Assembly: GCA_964588465.1 (NCBI GenBank) | Contig: CAZPPL010000001.1 | Span: 50,782 to 114,781 of the forward strand | Source: an uncultured Gammaproteobacteria bacterium | GTDB lineage: Bacteria; Patescibacteriota; Patescibacteriia; Patescibacteriales; UBA12465 | DNA: 64,000 nucleotides | Reading direction: 5' to 3' | Shown: positions 29,348 through 38,988 of the stretch, piece by piece | Position numbering within the stretch: position 1 is the stretch's first letter | How the letters are laid out: each line of letters opens with the position of its first letter | The notes under the pieces: generated by a model | What the model saw: the letters and a program-made list of their open reading frames with translations, nothing else | Databases searched by the model: none | What the model was told of the DNA's origin: nothing | Program-made: the position numbers and the translations under genes

Positions 29348-30529
29348 ATGCAGAAGGACTCTAAATCAAAAAATATATTAAAAAAGATACCAGCCAAACC
29401 AGGAATCTATTTTTGGTTGGATAAAAATAAAAAAGTTCTATATGTGGGGCGAGCTAGTAATCTAAAAAATCGTTTGAAGCAATATTTTCAAAAAAACATC
29501 AGTCGCCGGATTACAGAGATGGTGTCCCAAGCTTATAGTATTAAATACCAAAAAACTGACACTCTACTAGAAGCCGTGATTCTGGAGGCTAAAAATATTA
29601 AAAAATATTGGCCAAAATATAATATTGTTGATCGTGACGATCGTTCCTTTATTTATGTAATTATTACCCGAGATATCTATCCGCAATTATTAATTGTACG
29701 AGGGACAAATTTAAAAAAATTTTCTACTAAAAATCTTAAAATCTTTGGACCCTACCAATCCTTTCATCTCTTGCAAACAGCTTTAGGTCTTATTCGCCAA
29801 ATCTTTCCTTACAGTACTTGTAAACATAATAGTGGACACCCTTGTTTTAATTACCAAATTGGTTTATGTCCTGGAGTATGTATTGATGCCATCTCTCCTA
29901 AAGATTATCAAAAAAATATTAAAAATATTATTTTACTGTTAGGCGGGGAGCATAAACGTTTAGCTAAAAAATTAATGGCAAATAATCCAGATAAACTTCA
30001 AGCTTTAAAGCATATTCAAGACGTTTCTTTACTCACTCGCGAAGATAATTTACAAGAAATACGAGTTAATCGTTTAGAGGGATATGATATTTCTCATCAT
30101 CAAGGTAAAGAAAGTTATGGTGCAATGGTAGTGTTTGAACAGGGAAAATCTGTTCCTGCTCAATATCGTTTATTTAAGATTAAGACTGCTCCTCCTGGAG
30201 ACGACGAAAGAGCTCTAAGTGAGATTTTACTCCGACGTTTTAAACATCAAGAATGGCCTCGACCAGAATTGATTATAATTGATGGCGGCAAACCGCAAAT
30301 TAATTTTTTATCGCATATTTTTACAGCTAACAATATTAGTATTCCTTTAATAGGTATTTCTAAATTGGGAGGAGATAGATTGGTATTTCTTCCTAAGACT
30401 AAAAAAACCTTACGCGAATTGGCAAATAATATAAAACCAACTCTTTTAAAAATCCGGGAAGAGGCTCACCGTTTTGCTAATTACGGACGAAAAAGAGGTA
30501 ATAGAATAGATAATAGATCAAAACCTTGA
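29348..30529 (+). CDS. uvrC: Excinuclease ABC subunit C (short form)
   Basis: GIY-YVG nuclease, Cys cluster, RLEGYDISH, IDGGKPQ, IREEAHRFA. Confidence 0.9.
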   Translation: MQKDSKSKNILKKIPAKPGIYFWLDKNKKVLYVGRASNLKNRLKQYFQKNISRRITEMVSQAYSIKYQKTDTLLEAVILEAKNIKKYWPKYNIVDRDDRSFIYVIITRDIYPQLLIVRGTNLKKFSTKNLKIFGPYQSFHLLQTALGLIRQIFPYSTCKHNSGHPCFNYQIGLCPGVCIDAISPKDYQKNIKNIILLLGGEHKRLAKKLMANNPDKLQALKHIQDVSLLTREDNLQEIRVNRLEGYDISHHQGKESYGAMVVFEQGKSVPAQYRLFKIKTAPPGDDERALSEILLRRFKHQEWPRPELIIIDGGKPQINFLSHIFTANNISIPLIGISKLGGDRLVFLPKTKKTLRELANNIKPTLLKIREEAHRFANYGRKRGNRIDNRSKP

Positions 30530-30553
30530 CAAATATTTATATTCTGCTATTAT
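30526..30553 (+). promoter_or_regulatory. Promoter of rplJL
   Basis: TTGACA, 16-nt spacer, extended -10 TGcTATTAT. Confidence 0.6.
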
Positions 30554-30573
30554 ACCAACATAAATAAATATCT

Positions 30574-30671
30574 AACTGCAGACAGCTAGCAAGGTCTAAC
30601 ACCTATAAGTCTCGCCGAGGTGATAAATACTATCTTAGTATTCCTTAGTCTGCGTTCACGCAGATTTTTTT
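30574..30671 (+). ncRNA. Ribosomal protein L10 leader with attenuator hairpin
   Basis: ACTGCAGACAGC...GCCGAGG resembles the L10-leader core; hairpin AGTCTGCG-TTCA-CGCAGATT followed by a T run, directly before rplJ. Confidence 0.75.
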
Positions 30672-30686
30672 AATCGTTTCAATACT

Positions 30687-31214
30687 ATGCCTAAAAATAA
30701 AATTCAAAAACAAGAGATTATTCGCAATTTAAAAGAAAAAATTAAAAGATCTAAATCAGTTATTTTTGTCGGATTTAATGCCCTAGGTGTTAAGGACAAT
30801 GAAATTTTACGAGCGAAATTCCGAGCAGAGAATAGTGAATACTACGTTGCTAAAAAGACTTTGATCAACTTGGCCCTACAAGATAATAAATTAGATATTA
30901 ACGTTAGAGATTTTACTGGCAAGCTCGCTACAATTTTTTCCTATGAAGATGAAGTTGCTCCAGCCAAAATCATAGGAGATTTTCGTCAAGATAAAGAAAA
31001 AAATGAAAAAATATATTTTTTTGGCGGGATACTAGAGGGAAAACTACTATCCAAAGAACAAGTAGAATTTTTATCTAAATTACCAAGTAAAAAAGAATTA
31101 TATGCTAAATTAGTCAACTCTGTAAACGCTCCTATCTCTGGTTTAGTCAGAGTGTTAACCGGTAATTTAAGTAATTTCTTAAATGTTTTGAAAGCAATTG
31201 AAGAAAAAAAATAA
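30687..31214 (+). CDS. rplJ: 50S ribosomal protein L10
   Basis: VAKKTL, GGILEG, LSKLPSKKELYAKL; precedes rplL. Confidence 0.95.
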   Translation: MPKNKIQKQEIIRNLKEKIKRSKSVIFVGFNALGVKDNEILRAKFRAENSEYYVAKKTLINLALQDNKLDINVRDFTGKLATIFSYEDEVAPAKIIGDFRQDKEKNEKIYFFGGILEGKLLSKEQVEFLSKLPSKKELYAKLVNSVNAPISGLVRVLTGNLSNFLNVLKAIEEKK

Positions 31215-31287
31215 TTAAATAATTAATAAAATATTAAATTAACACTGCTTATTAGATTAATAAATCGCCTAAGCACAAAATAAATCT

Positions 31288-31701
31288 ATGGAAGAAGAAA
31301 AAAAAGCTGAAGAAAAAAAAGTTGTAGTACCAGCTAAATTTGAAAAATTAGTTGGCGAAATTGAAAAAATGAGTGTTTTAGATTTAGCAGAATTAGTCAA
31401 AATTTTAGAAGAAAAATTCGGGGTTTCTGCTAGTGCACCAGCTATAGTGGCTACGCCAGCAGCTGGAGTAGTGGCTACCACCGAAGAGAAAGATAGTTTT
31501 GATGTAGAGATAACTGAGGCAGGTACTAGTAAAATTAATGTTATTAAAGCGGTCCGGGAATTAACAGAAATGGGTCTGAAAGATGCTAAAGATTTAGTTG
31601 ACGCCGCTCCAAAAATTTTAAAAGAAGGAGTTAAGAAGGATGAGGCAGAAAAATTAAAGAAAAGATTAGAAGAGGCTGGAGCAAAAGTGACTTTGAAATA
31701 G
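31288..31701 (+). CDS. rplL: 50S ribosomal protein L7/L12
   Basis: [37 protein letters not shown]. Confidence 0.97.
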   Translation: MEEEKKAEEKKVVVPAKFEKLVGEIEKMSVLDLAELVKILEEKFGVSASAPAIVATPAAGVVATTEEKDSFDVEITEAGTSKINVIKAVRELTEMGLKDAKDLVDAAPKILKEGVKKDEAEKLKKRLEEAGAKVTLK

Positions 31702-31731
31702 ATTCATTTACTTTTGTAATTAAGTATAAAT

Positions 31732-31762
31732 TAAAAACCACTAATTAAAATAGTGGTTTTTA
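31732..31762. terminator. Bidirectional intrinsic terminator
   Basis: TAAAAACCACTA-7nt-TAGTGGTTTTTA between convergent genes. Confidence 0.8.
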
Positions 31763-31803
31763 TATATATTTTTCAATTAAATAAGTAGCAATTATTACTT
31801 AAA

Positions 31804-34074
31804 CTATTGTTGAAGCGATATTTTGTAAATACCATTATCAGCTAGGATATAAGCTATCTTATCCTTTTCATCAACACTAAAATTCTTGGGAGAATTTAAA
31901 AAGTCTAATTGATATTGATCTAATAAATGTCCATCAGATCTAGCCAGTACTACTAAACGTTTGGAACTGGCTTCAAAAATATAAATATTTTTATTACCCA
32001 CAATTAATTGATTAGCATTAACCATTATTGGGGTAATTGGACGGGAAGCATATTCCATTGGTCGGCCTTTAAAGAACTTTAGAACTTGACCATCTTTCTG
32101 AAGAACATAAATATATCCATCAATATATAAATCACTAGATTGGCTTAAATCAAGCTTTTCTTTAAACCAGCTACTCTTAATCTTAAATTTATTTATAGCT
32201 AAATAACGATAAATCTGATTATCAGCATCAACTAATAAATACAAATTGCCATAAAACATCTTAAAACTAGTTACTCCGTCTGCTGGGTTCAAATCAGCAA
32301 TACTTGATAAATTAGTATGACCGGTCTCAACATTATAACTAAATAACTTATTATTATCCCAATAATATAACAAGTTTGGTCCGTAGAATACTGGATTACT
32401 CAAATTATTAGTTCCTGAAATAGTTAGTTTGGTATAAGCTGAACTACCTGGGGTAAAACGATAAATTGTTGATCCGCTAGCTCCATAAATCTTACCACGA
32501 GCATAAACCAGATTATTAATATTTAAGCCAGTTAAATCATTAATTTTGGTGGCTGATTTAAGTCTAATTATTTTCTCAATTCTATCTCTATTGGCTTGTA
32601 ATTTAAGGGATAAATTTTTATAAATAATTCTCTGTGCTTTGTTATTCTGTGGTAAAGAGCTTAACAAGGTCTGAGTTTGAAGGAATATTCGTTTAGCTCC
32701 CACTTCATCATTATATAACATGTGAGTATCAATGGAATCTTCATTATTTTGGATATTAACTACTAAATTATTAAATTGAGTTTGGGCTATTTGACGTTGA
32801 TGATTCCAACTAGTTAGAAATAGACTAGCAATGAATACTACTACCACTGCAGCTAGGATTATAAATAACCAACGATTTTTAGTATTTAATCCTTGGGCCC
32901 AAGATTTTATATGTTTAGCTAGATTAAACCAAGCTTGGGGATTAAAGAAACCCGCTATAACTACAATAACTTTATGAAAACCAATACTAACCCAACCAGA
33001 CTTTTTCTTAAAAAATATTTTCTCTTTGATTAAAAAAGAATCAGAACGAGCCAAGTTTAAACTTTTAACTTTACCTAAATTTAGAACTGGCTCAGTTGAG
33101 GAATTAGTATTTTTATTAGAAGATTTAATATACTTCTTATTTAGATTATTAAAATTAGTAGGGACGACCGACCAATTACTAAATATTTTTTTAATACGCT
33201 TAAAAAGCTTAGAGATATTGATTAGCCCAGCTGGACTTAGCATTTGTTCAGTTTTAGCCTCAGTATAATTTAAAGAAGAAATTGAATTATGCGCCGACGA
33301 GATTTCTTCTGGCTCCTCTTTAATATCTTGAATATTTTGATCAAATATACCAGTAGTATTTTTAATAATAATACCTAAGAATGGTACATAAGTGTTGATT
33401 CTAGTTAAAACATTTTTAATCTGTTCTGCAGCGGCCATTGGCGACAAGCTAGTAACAATTTTGAGCATTTCCCGGCCAGACAAATATTCTGGCAAAGTCT
33501 CGTTAGTGAAAATAAAATAGGAATTGAGAGGAATCTTGCCACTGATTACTGAAGAAAATAACTTAGGACTGGTACTAACCTCACTAGAATCACTTTCCCT
33601 GGGAATTTCGGTAGCGTTAGTCTCCACATTTATAATCTCATATTCGTCATTGTGACTGTATAGCAACAAAGCCCGATTACGACCAAAAGTAGAAAAATGT
33701 AAATTATTTTCATAAATAACTCCTAAACTAATATTGCTTACTGCTGGATTCAATTTTATTTTTTCACTAGCTAAAAAATCAATAAAATCTTTATTAGTTT
33801 TAGCTATGGCAGCTTCAAAAATATTTTCAATTTTTAGACCTTCAATTTTATCACAAAATAAAATCTTCTCATCATTATAATAATTATCATCTAAAGCGGA
33901 AATTAAAAAATCAAATATTTTTCTAGCTTCAAGCCTCTTGCCACCAATCTCTGCCAATACAAAAATCTTACCAGCCAGATTCTCTATGAGAGAATCAGGT
34001 TGAGCAACAAAAACATCACTCAAACCATTTGCTTTAGCAGAGTTTAGAATAATGGAAGCAATTTTATTATACAT
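31804..34074 (-). CDS. Hypothetical bitopic protein: PP2C-like N-domain, TM, helical stalk, beta-propeller-like C-domain
   Basis: Single strong TM (WLFIILAAVVVVFIASLFL); C-terminal repeats (GKIYG, GNLYLL, GYIYVL, KNIYIF, IAYIL). Fold calls are inferred. Confidence 0.6.
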   Translation of the reverse strand: MYNKIASIILNSAKANGLSDVFVAQPDSLIENLAGKIFVLAEIGGKRLEARKIFDFLISALDDNYYNDEKILFCDKIEGLKIENIFEAAIAKTNKDFIDFLASEKIKLNPAVSNISLGVIYENNLHFSTFGRNRALLLYSHNDEYEIINVETNATEIPRESDSSEVSTSPKLFSSVISGKIPLNSYFIFTNETLPEYLSGREMLKIVTSLSPMAAAEQIKNVLTRINTYVPFLGIIIKNTTGIFDQNIQDIKEEPEEISSAHNSISSLNYTEAKTEQMLSPAGLINISKLFKRIKKIFSNWSVVPTNFNNLNKKYIKSSNKNTNSSTEPVLNLGKVKSLNLARSDSFLIKEKIFFKKKSGWVSIGFHKVIVVIAGFFNPQAWFNLAKHIKSWAQGLNTKNRWLFIILAAVVVVFIASLFLTSWNHQRQIAQTQFNNLVVNIQNNEDSIDTHMLYNDEVGAKRIFLQTQTLLSSLPQNNKAQRIIYKNLSLKLQANRDRIEKIIRLKSATKINDLTGLNINNLVYARGKIYGASGSTIYRFTPGSSAYTKLTISGTNNLSNPVFYGPNLLYYWDNNKLFSYNVETGHTNLSSIADLNPADGVTSFKMFYGNLYLLVDADNQIYRYLAINKFKIKSSWFKEKLDLSQSSDLYIDGYIYVLQKDGQVLKFFKGRPMEYASRPITPIMVNANQLIVGNKNIYIFEASSKRLVVLARSDGHLLDQYQLDFLNSPKNFSVDEKDKIAYILADNGIYKISLQQ

Positions 34075-34158
34075 AAATCTAAAATATCAAATTTTAAGTA
34101 TCTCATAGTTTGACTGTTTCTGTTAGATATTATACTATAAATTAATAAATAAAGAAAT

Positions 34159-34761
34159 ATGCTTGACGCTATTTTCAATTCTATTCCGCGAATAAAGATA
34201 CTTAATGCTCTTCTTCTATCTCCAGAAAAGAGTTATTCGCCTAAACAATTAGCAATAGATTCGGGCTTATCGGTGGTTTCAATACGTCGTGAATTGAATA
34301 ATTTAACAAAATTTGGCTTAATTAAAGAGGAAAAAATTAGTAAATATCAAGCTGATAGTAAACGTCAAAAAGAAAAAAAATTTTATAGTGCTAATCGCGA
34401 TTTTATACTATACCCCGAGATGAATGCTCTTATTACTAAAGCTCAAATCCTTTTTAGCCAAAAATTCGTCAATGATTTAGAAAAAATATGTCAACTAAAA
34501 TTCTTAGCTTTAACAGGAATATTTACTAACTATCTAGAAGCCCAAACTGATATTTTATTAGTAGCCTCAATACCTCGTCCTATTTTTTTAAAGCTTTTAC
34601 AAGAATTAGAAAAAGATTTAGGACGAGAAATAAATTTTACTATTTTAAGCGTTAGAGAATTCAAATATCGGGAAGATATTATGGATATCTTTCTATATCA
34701 CATTCTGGAGGGAAAAACTTTAATATTGCTAGACAATATTCATAAATCTATCCCGATTTAA
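34159..34761 (+). CDS. Winged-HTH protein with nucleotidyltransferase-like C-domain
   Basis: SIRRELNNLTKFGLI helix; LTGIF...TDILLV...GREINFT. Confidence 0.65.
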   Translation: MLDAIFNSIPRIKILNALLLSPEKSYSPKQLAIDSGLSVVSIRRELNNLTKFGLIKEEKISKYQADSKRQKEKKFYSANRDFILYPEMNALITKAQILFSQKFVNDLEKICQLKFLALTGIFTNYLEAQTDILLVASIPRPIFLKLLQELEKDLGREINFTILSVREFKYREDIMDIFLYHILEGKTLILLDNIHKSIPI

Positions 34762-34787
34762 TTAGATTTCAGCGAGTACACTGGCTT

Positions 34788-36692
34788 ATGAGATTAAAAA
34801 AATATTTAATTATTACAATAGCTTTGACGTGGATATTATTAAAATATCTTTTTTTAATTAGTATAAGCGTCTTTATCATATTATTACTGCTATTGAGTAG
34901 TACCTATAAAGACTTAAAAATTACCATTAACAGTGGTCTAGCCGGTCAAAAAGCTTTAACTACCGCTATCGTAGCTACTAAATCCCAAAACTGGGCTCAA
35001 GCTAAAAGCATGACTGTTCAGGCAAAACTAGATTTTCCTATAGCCCTAAAAGCTTTAAATCAGACTCATTCTAATTTTTTAATTTCTAGAGTAGGAATAA
35101 TTGACTCCCAAATTAACGATATAAGTCATTTGCTCAAAGCGGGAGAAATACTTAGTAACTCTTTAGATAATATTATACCTTTAATCCAAAAATTTGATAA
35201 TATCCATTACCAAAACACTAGTCATAATCCAGCAGATGTTGCTACTTATGATAAAGCTAGCCTGTTACAATTAATCTATCAGTCCAAGCCAAAATTAAAT
35301 AGTTTAAAAATTAACTTAGATTCGGCTATATTGAATTTAGATCAAATTCATCGTATAGGAATATTATGGCCGGTTTATAATAAAATTGAAGATATTAAAC
35401 AAGAATTAAAATCAGCCTCTGATTTTATAAGCAAAGCATCACCCTTAATAAAACTACTACCAGTTCTAAGTGGTACCCCAAATACCAGTCGTTTTCTACT
35501 TATTTTACAAAATAATGATGAATTGCGACCCTCAGGAGGATTTATTGGAGTTTATGGAACCCTTAAGATTAAAGCTGGACATATTATTTCTCTAAATACT
35601 AATGATAGCTATCATCTAGACTGGCCAGCCTCTCTCAGTCCCAACTGGGAACTGAGCCCACCACCTATACTTAAAAAATATTTACAAATAAATAAATGGT
35701 ATTTACGCGATGCTAACTGGTCACCAGATTGGCCTCAATCGGCACAAAAAATTACTGAAATTTATAATGGTGAAAACCTTGCTATTGGTAAAGCTAGTAC
35801 TAATTTTACTGGGGTAATAGCTATCACTCCTAATTTAGTAGCCGATCTGATCAAATTAGTTGGACCTATAAGTATTCAAGGAGACACTTACAACTACACT
35901 AATTTTCAAGATTTATTACAATATAACGTAGAAGTAGCTTACAAAAAACAAAATATTTCTTATTGGAATAGAAAAAACATTATTAATGCTCTGATGGATA
36001 AATTAAAAACTCGTTTATTCAATCTTCCGGCTAGCGATTTTAATCGTTTATTTACCATTCTAGACAATAACATAAATAGAAAGGATATTCAGATATACTT
36101 TTCTAATCCTGCTTGGGAAAATTTAAGTAGAACTTTAGGAACGAGCGGAGAAGTAATAAATACTAATCATGATTTTTTAATGATTGTAGATTCTAACTTA
36201 AGAGCCTTTAAAAGCGATGCCGTGATGAAAAAAGACTTAAGCTATAATCTGATCACTCATAATGGTAAACTAAAAGCCAAATTAACATTGAATTATCATC
36301 ATGAAGGAAAATTCAATTGGCGCACTACTTATTATCGTAGTTATACTAGAATCTATCTTCCTATAGGCACTAAGTTAATTAACATTAAAGGTTTAGATAA
36401 AACTACGGCCAATATTAGTGTATATAATGACTCCACACTTAATAAAACTATATTTGCTTTCTTTTTCACAGTTAAACCAGGTAATTCTAGAAAAATAATT
36501 ATTAATTATATTTTACCGAAACGCGTTTATGAAGAAATGAAAACAGGAAATTATGAATTATTAGTGGAAAGACAAGCCGGACAGAGAGTTAATAGTTTAA
36601 CAGTTAATCTCCAATTAGGCAGTGAGGGGAATAAAAAATGGCTAACTGACTTAAATACCAACAAGATATTTAAACTAAACTCTAACAATTAA
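34788..36692 (+). CDS. DUF4012 domain membrane-anchored protein
   Basis: LQNNDELRPSGGFIG, RDANWSPDWP. Confidence 0.85.
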   Translation: MRLKKYLIITIALTWILLKYLFLISISVFIILLLLLSSTYKDLKITINSGLAGQKALTTAIVATKSQNWAQAKSMTVQAKLDFPIALKALNQTHSNFLISRVGIIDSQINDISHLLKAGEILSNSLDNIIPLIQKFDNIHYQNTSHNPADVATYDKASLLQLIYQSKPKLNSLKINLDSAILNLDQIHRIGILWPVYNKIEDIKQELKSASDFISKASPLIKLLPVLSGTPNTSRFLLILQNNDELRPSGGFIGVYGTLKIKAGHIISLNTNDSYHLDWPASLSPNWELSPPPILKKYLQINKWYLRDANWSPDWPQSAQKITEIYNGENLAIGKASTNFTGVIAITPNLVADLIKLVGPISIQGDTYNYTNFQDLLQYNVEVAYKKQNISYWNRKNIINALMDKLKTRLFNLPASDFNRLFTILDNNINRKDIQIYFSNPAWENLSRTLGTSGEVINTNHDFLMIVDSNLRAFKSDAVMKKDLSYNLITHNGKLKAKLTLNYHHEGKFNWRTTYYRSYTRIYLPIGTKLINIKGLDKTTANISVYNDSTLNKTIFAFFFTVKPGNSRKIIINYILPKRVYEEMKTGNYELLVERQAGQRVNSLTVNLQLGSEGNKKWLTDLNTNKIFKLNSNN

Positions 36693-36743
36693 TAGAAAAA
36701 TCGTCTATTACGTCTATTAATAGTGTGTTCAGCTAGCTATAAA

Positions 36744-37706
36744 TTATAGCCACTTCTTATGTTTAAAGAAGCTTAACATAGTCAAAGACAGTAATAACAT
36801 AATAGCAATAACAATCCAAAAACCACCTGGATGATCAATTATAGGAGTACCTTTAGTACGCATTGCAAAAATAGCAGCTAGTAGAGTTAAAGGAAAAATA
36901 ATTACCGAGAATATGGTTAGAGTTCTCATAATATCAGTCATACGACTATTTAAAAAGGATTCATTAGTATTATTCAATACTTCTACCATTTCCTTTTGGT
37001 TGTCTAGGGTTTCCCAGATACGTTTAGAATGATCCACTAAACCAGCATAATATTTCTTAATAGCTGCCCGTTCCACTAGACTGCTTTCCATTTCTAATAA
37101 TTTTTGTAAAATATTCTTATGATTTTGGATAATCTTTCTAATATTAATGATATTACGACGTAAAATCAAAATTTGCTCCACTGATTCTTTTTGTTTATCA
37201 GAAAAAATTAAATCTTCAATCTCATTAATTTTTAAACTATTCTGGTCTAAAAGGGGATAGATACCGTCAATTAAATGCCCTAAAATTTCATATAATAATA
37301 TAGCAGAGGACTCTAAAGAATAAGCTAATAGAGAATCAGGACTTTTTTTACCTAAACCAAAAAAGTGAGTAAGAGATTTTAAATTATCGTTATTAATAGA
37401 AATTAAGAACCCATGACCAATAAAAAAATCTACTTCTGCAGAAATAATTTTTTTATCTTTAAACCTAGGAAAATGCAATACTAGACATAAATAATCTTTA
37501 CCCTTAAAAATCATAGGGCGTTGAAAAGAAACCGCCGAGGAGGCCACTTTCAAATGAACTAAATCAAAATGATAATTTTCTTGCAAATGCTTAATTTCAT
37601 TTTTACCAGCATTGATGATATTCAACCATTTTAAAGAAGAAGCCACTCGCGGATTGTCTAGAATTAATTCTTCAATTCGATCACTTATTTTTTTATAATG
37701 AGCCAT
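36744..37706 (-). CDS. corA: CorA family divalent cation transporter with variant signature
   Basis: LVLHFP, helical stalk, MRTLTIFSVIIFPLT, two C-terminal TMs, KKWL; GMN is replaced by AMR. Confidence 0.85.
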   Translation of the reverse strand: MAHYKKISDRIEELILDNPRVASSLKWLNIINAGKNEIKHLQENYHFDLVHLKVASSAVSFQRPMIFKGKDYLCLVLHFPRFKDKKIISAEVDFFIGHGFLISINNDNLKSLTHFFGLGKKSPDSLLAYSLESSAILLYEILGHLIDGIYPLLDQNSLKINEIEDLIFSDKQKESVEQILILRRNIINIRKIIQNHKNILQKLLEMESSLVERAAIKKYYAGLVDHSKRIWETLDNQKEMVEVLNNTNESFLNSRMTDIMRTLTIFSVIIFPLTLLAAIFAMRTKGTPIIDHPGGFWIVIAIMLLLSLTMLSFFKHKKWL

Positions 37707-37773
37707 AATTATTGATATTATTTTGACGAAAACTAATTTTTATAATAATATTAAGACAACAACATTATAACAT

Positions 37774-38985
37774 ATGACCACTATCTTGGGAATAAATTTA
37801 AGTGAACTGAAGTCTAGAGTCCTAATGAAAAAAATAGAATATTTTTTAGATGACCAAGGACAACATTATTTAGTCACTCCCAATCCAGAGATAGTTTTAC
37901 AAGCACAAGAAGACGAAGAATTTTTTTATATTTTGAATAAAGCTGATTTAGCTATAGTTGATGGTTTCGGACTTAAAATGGCTGCCTGGTTTTATGGTAT
38001 TAATATACCGCGAATAACTGGAGCAGATTTAACTCAAGAACTGCTGAAAATAGCAAATAATAGGAAACTAAAAGTATTAATTCTTAATTGGCGAAATGGT
38101 TTATCAAAAAAAACCAGTATAGAATCAGCTCTTAATAAAAAATTCACGGACTTGAAACTTAAAGTATTAGATATTTCCCGTAATAAATTTCTAAATCTAG
38201 AATCAATAAATAAGATTAATAGTTTCTCTCCAGTCTTAATGTTCTGCACTTTAGGCTTTCCTTATCAAGAAAAATTAATTTATCATAATTTACATAAATT
38301 ACCTAGCCTTAAGTTGGCTATAGGAGTGGGGGGATCTATTGATTTTATTATTGATAAAGTGGTTCGTGCTCCTAAAATTATACGAATATTAGGGATAGAA
38401 TGGTTATGGCGCCTCATTAAACAACCAAAAAGATTTAAACGAATATATAATGCTACTTTAGTTTTTATTGCTAAATTCCTATATACTGAATTAATTAATC
38501 GCTGGCGCTATCGTCCTAATGTGGTCTGTATTTTATATAAAAATGAAGGACAACAAAAGAAATTCTTGATAGTTAAACGAGCAGATAGTAAAGAACACTG
38601 GCAATTACCTCAAGGAGGAAGAGACGGAGAAAATATTGCTCAAGCTGGAGAGCGGGAGCTACAGGAAGAATTGGGTATTGCCAAAGAAGACTTTATTAGC
38701 CGGGGAACTTTTAATAATGTTTATCACTATAAATTTAATAAACCTTCACTACATAAAAATTCTAAGGCTAAACTAGGGGCATATCGTCATCAAGGATATA
38801 AAGGACAAAGACAGAGTCTATACATCGCCGAGTACTTAGGTGTAGATTCCAAAATAAAGATTAATTTTTGGGATCATAATGATTGGCAATGGATTACCAT
38901 GGATAGACTAATTGATAAAATTCATCCTATAAGACAAACTGGAGCTAAAATATTTTTAGAAAAATTTAAATCGCTAAAATTATAA
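37774..38985 (+). CDS. WecB/TagA/CpsF glycosyltransferase fused to an RppH-like Nudix hydrolase
   Basis: TPNPE, DGFG, RITGADL, LGFPYQE, GVGGSID, RAP, EWLWRL, then YRPNV, WQLPQGG, RELQEELG, GQRQ. Confidence 0.88.
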   Translation: MTTILGINLSELKSRVLMKKIEYFLDDQGQHYLVTPNPEIVLQAQEDEEFFYILNKADLAIVDGFGLKMAAWFYGINIPRITGADLTQELLKIANNRKLKVLILNWRNGLSKKTSIESALNKKFTDLKLKVLDISRNKFLNLESINKINSFSPVLMFCTLGFPYQEKLIYHNLHKLPSLKLAIGVGGSIDFIIDKVVRAPKIIRILGIEWLWRLIKQPKRFKRIYNATLVFIAKFLYTELINRWRYRPNVVCILYKNEGQQKKFLIVKRADSKEHWQLPQGGRDGENIAQAGERELQEELGIAKEDFISRGTFNNVYHYKFNKPSLHKNSKAKLGAYRHQGYKGQRQSLYIAEYLGVDSKIKINFWDHNDWQWITMDRLIDKIHPIRQTGAKIFLEKFKSLKL

Positions 38986-38988
38986 TAT

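Noticed and set aside
29348-30529. uvrC as a pseudogene or Cho
   Set aside because: The frame is intact and both GIY-YIG and RNase H-like nuclease motifs are retained; Cho lacks the second nuclease domain.
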